This document shows, one piece after another, positions 21,918 through 22,064 of a DNA stretch of 22,064 nucleotides. The position numbers and the translations under genes are program-made. Origin of the DNA: a virus (taxonomy: Duplodnaviria; Heunggongvirae; Uroviricota; Caudoviricetes); IMG/VR virus record IMGVR_UViG_3300013800_000001, positions 1-22,064 of that record, one strand, 5' to 3'. Below the pieces are notes generated by a model. It did no database searches. It was not told the origin of the DNA and saw nothing but the letters and a program-made list of their open reading frames with translations. Within the stretch, counting starts at the first letter, position 1. Each line of letters begins with the position of its first letter.

Positions 21918-22064
21918 ACGATTATTTTATATATGCTGACCGTATTTTCTATATACAGTCGGTTTTTTCTTATGTTGTGATGTATTATCTAAAACTGATG
22001 TCAAATGCCACATAAAACATTGAGGACATTGATATGCCCTAAGTCTTTTTGTCCTATCTCTGTA

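Noticed and set aside
21918-22064. Promoter and hairpin upstream of the phosphoesterase gene
   Set aside because: A TTGACA is present but no -10 lies at 16-18 nt spacing. The 8-bp stem GACUGUAU/AUACGGUC has no U-tract on the coding strand, so no function could be supported.
1-22064. CRISPR array, tRNA or rRNA genes
   Set aside because: No regularly spaced repeat-spacer units or cloverleaf/rRNA signatures were seen.

Overview
AT-rich (roughly 40% GC by eye) segment of a tailed dsDNA phage or prophage, almost entirely coded on the minus strand. In transcription order (right to left): metallophosphoesterase, RtcB RNA ligase, small tail/virion genes, then an inverted-repeat-flanked cassette holding the only plus-strand gene. 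A back-to-back sigma70-type promoter pair follows, then a ~340-nt highly structured non-coding RNA, an HU-like gene and a 1033-aa putative internal virion protein. The head module comes next (TerS, TerL, portal, small basic proteins, scaffold, major capsid protein, decoration/structural genes), and the window ends in a truncated SAM-dependent methyltransferase. The most notable unexplained structure is at 15720-17034. One quasi-palindromic -35 (TTGTCAA) serves two divergent promoters, and each predicted transcript begins with a 23-25-nt arm complementary to a distal arm. One pair closes the large ncRNA and the other encloses a whole gene. A second notable signal is a 15-bp motif, GnACTnTGnTAnnnT, found in seven short intergenic gaps upstream of virion genes; it is a candidate late promoter. 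All structures were derived by hand and no database searches were run.
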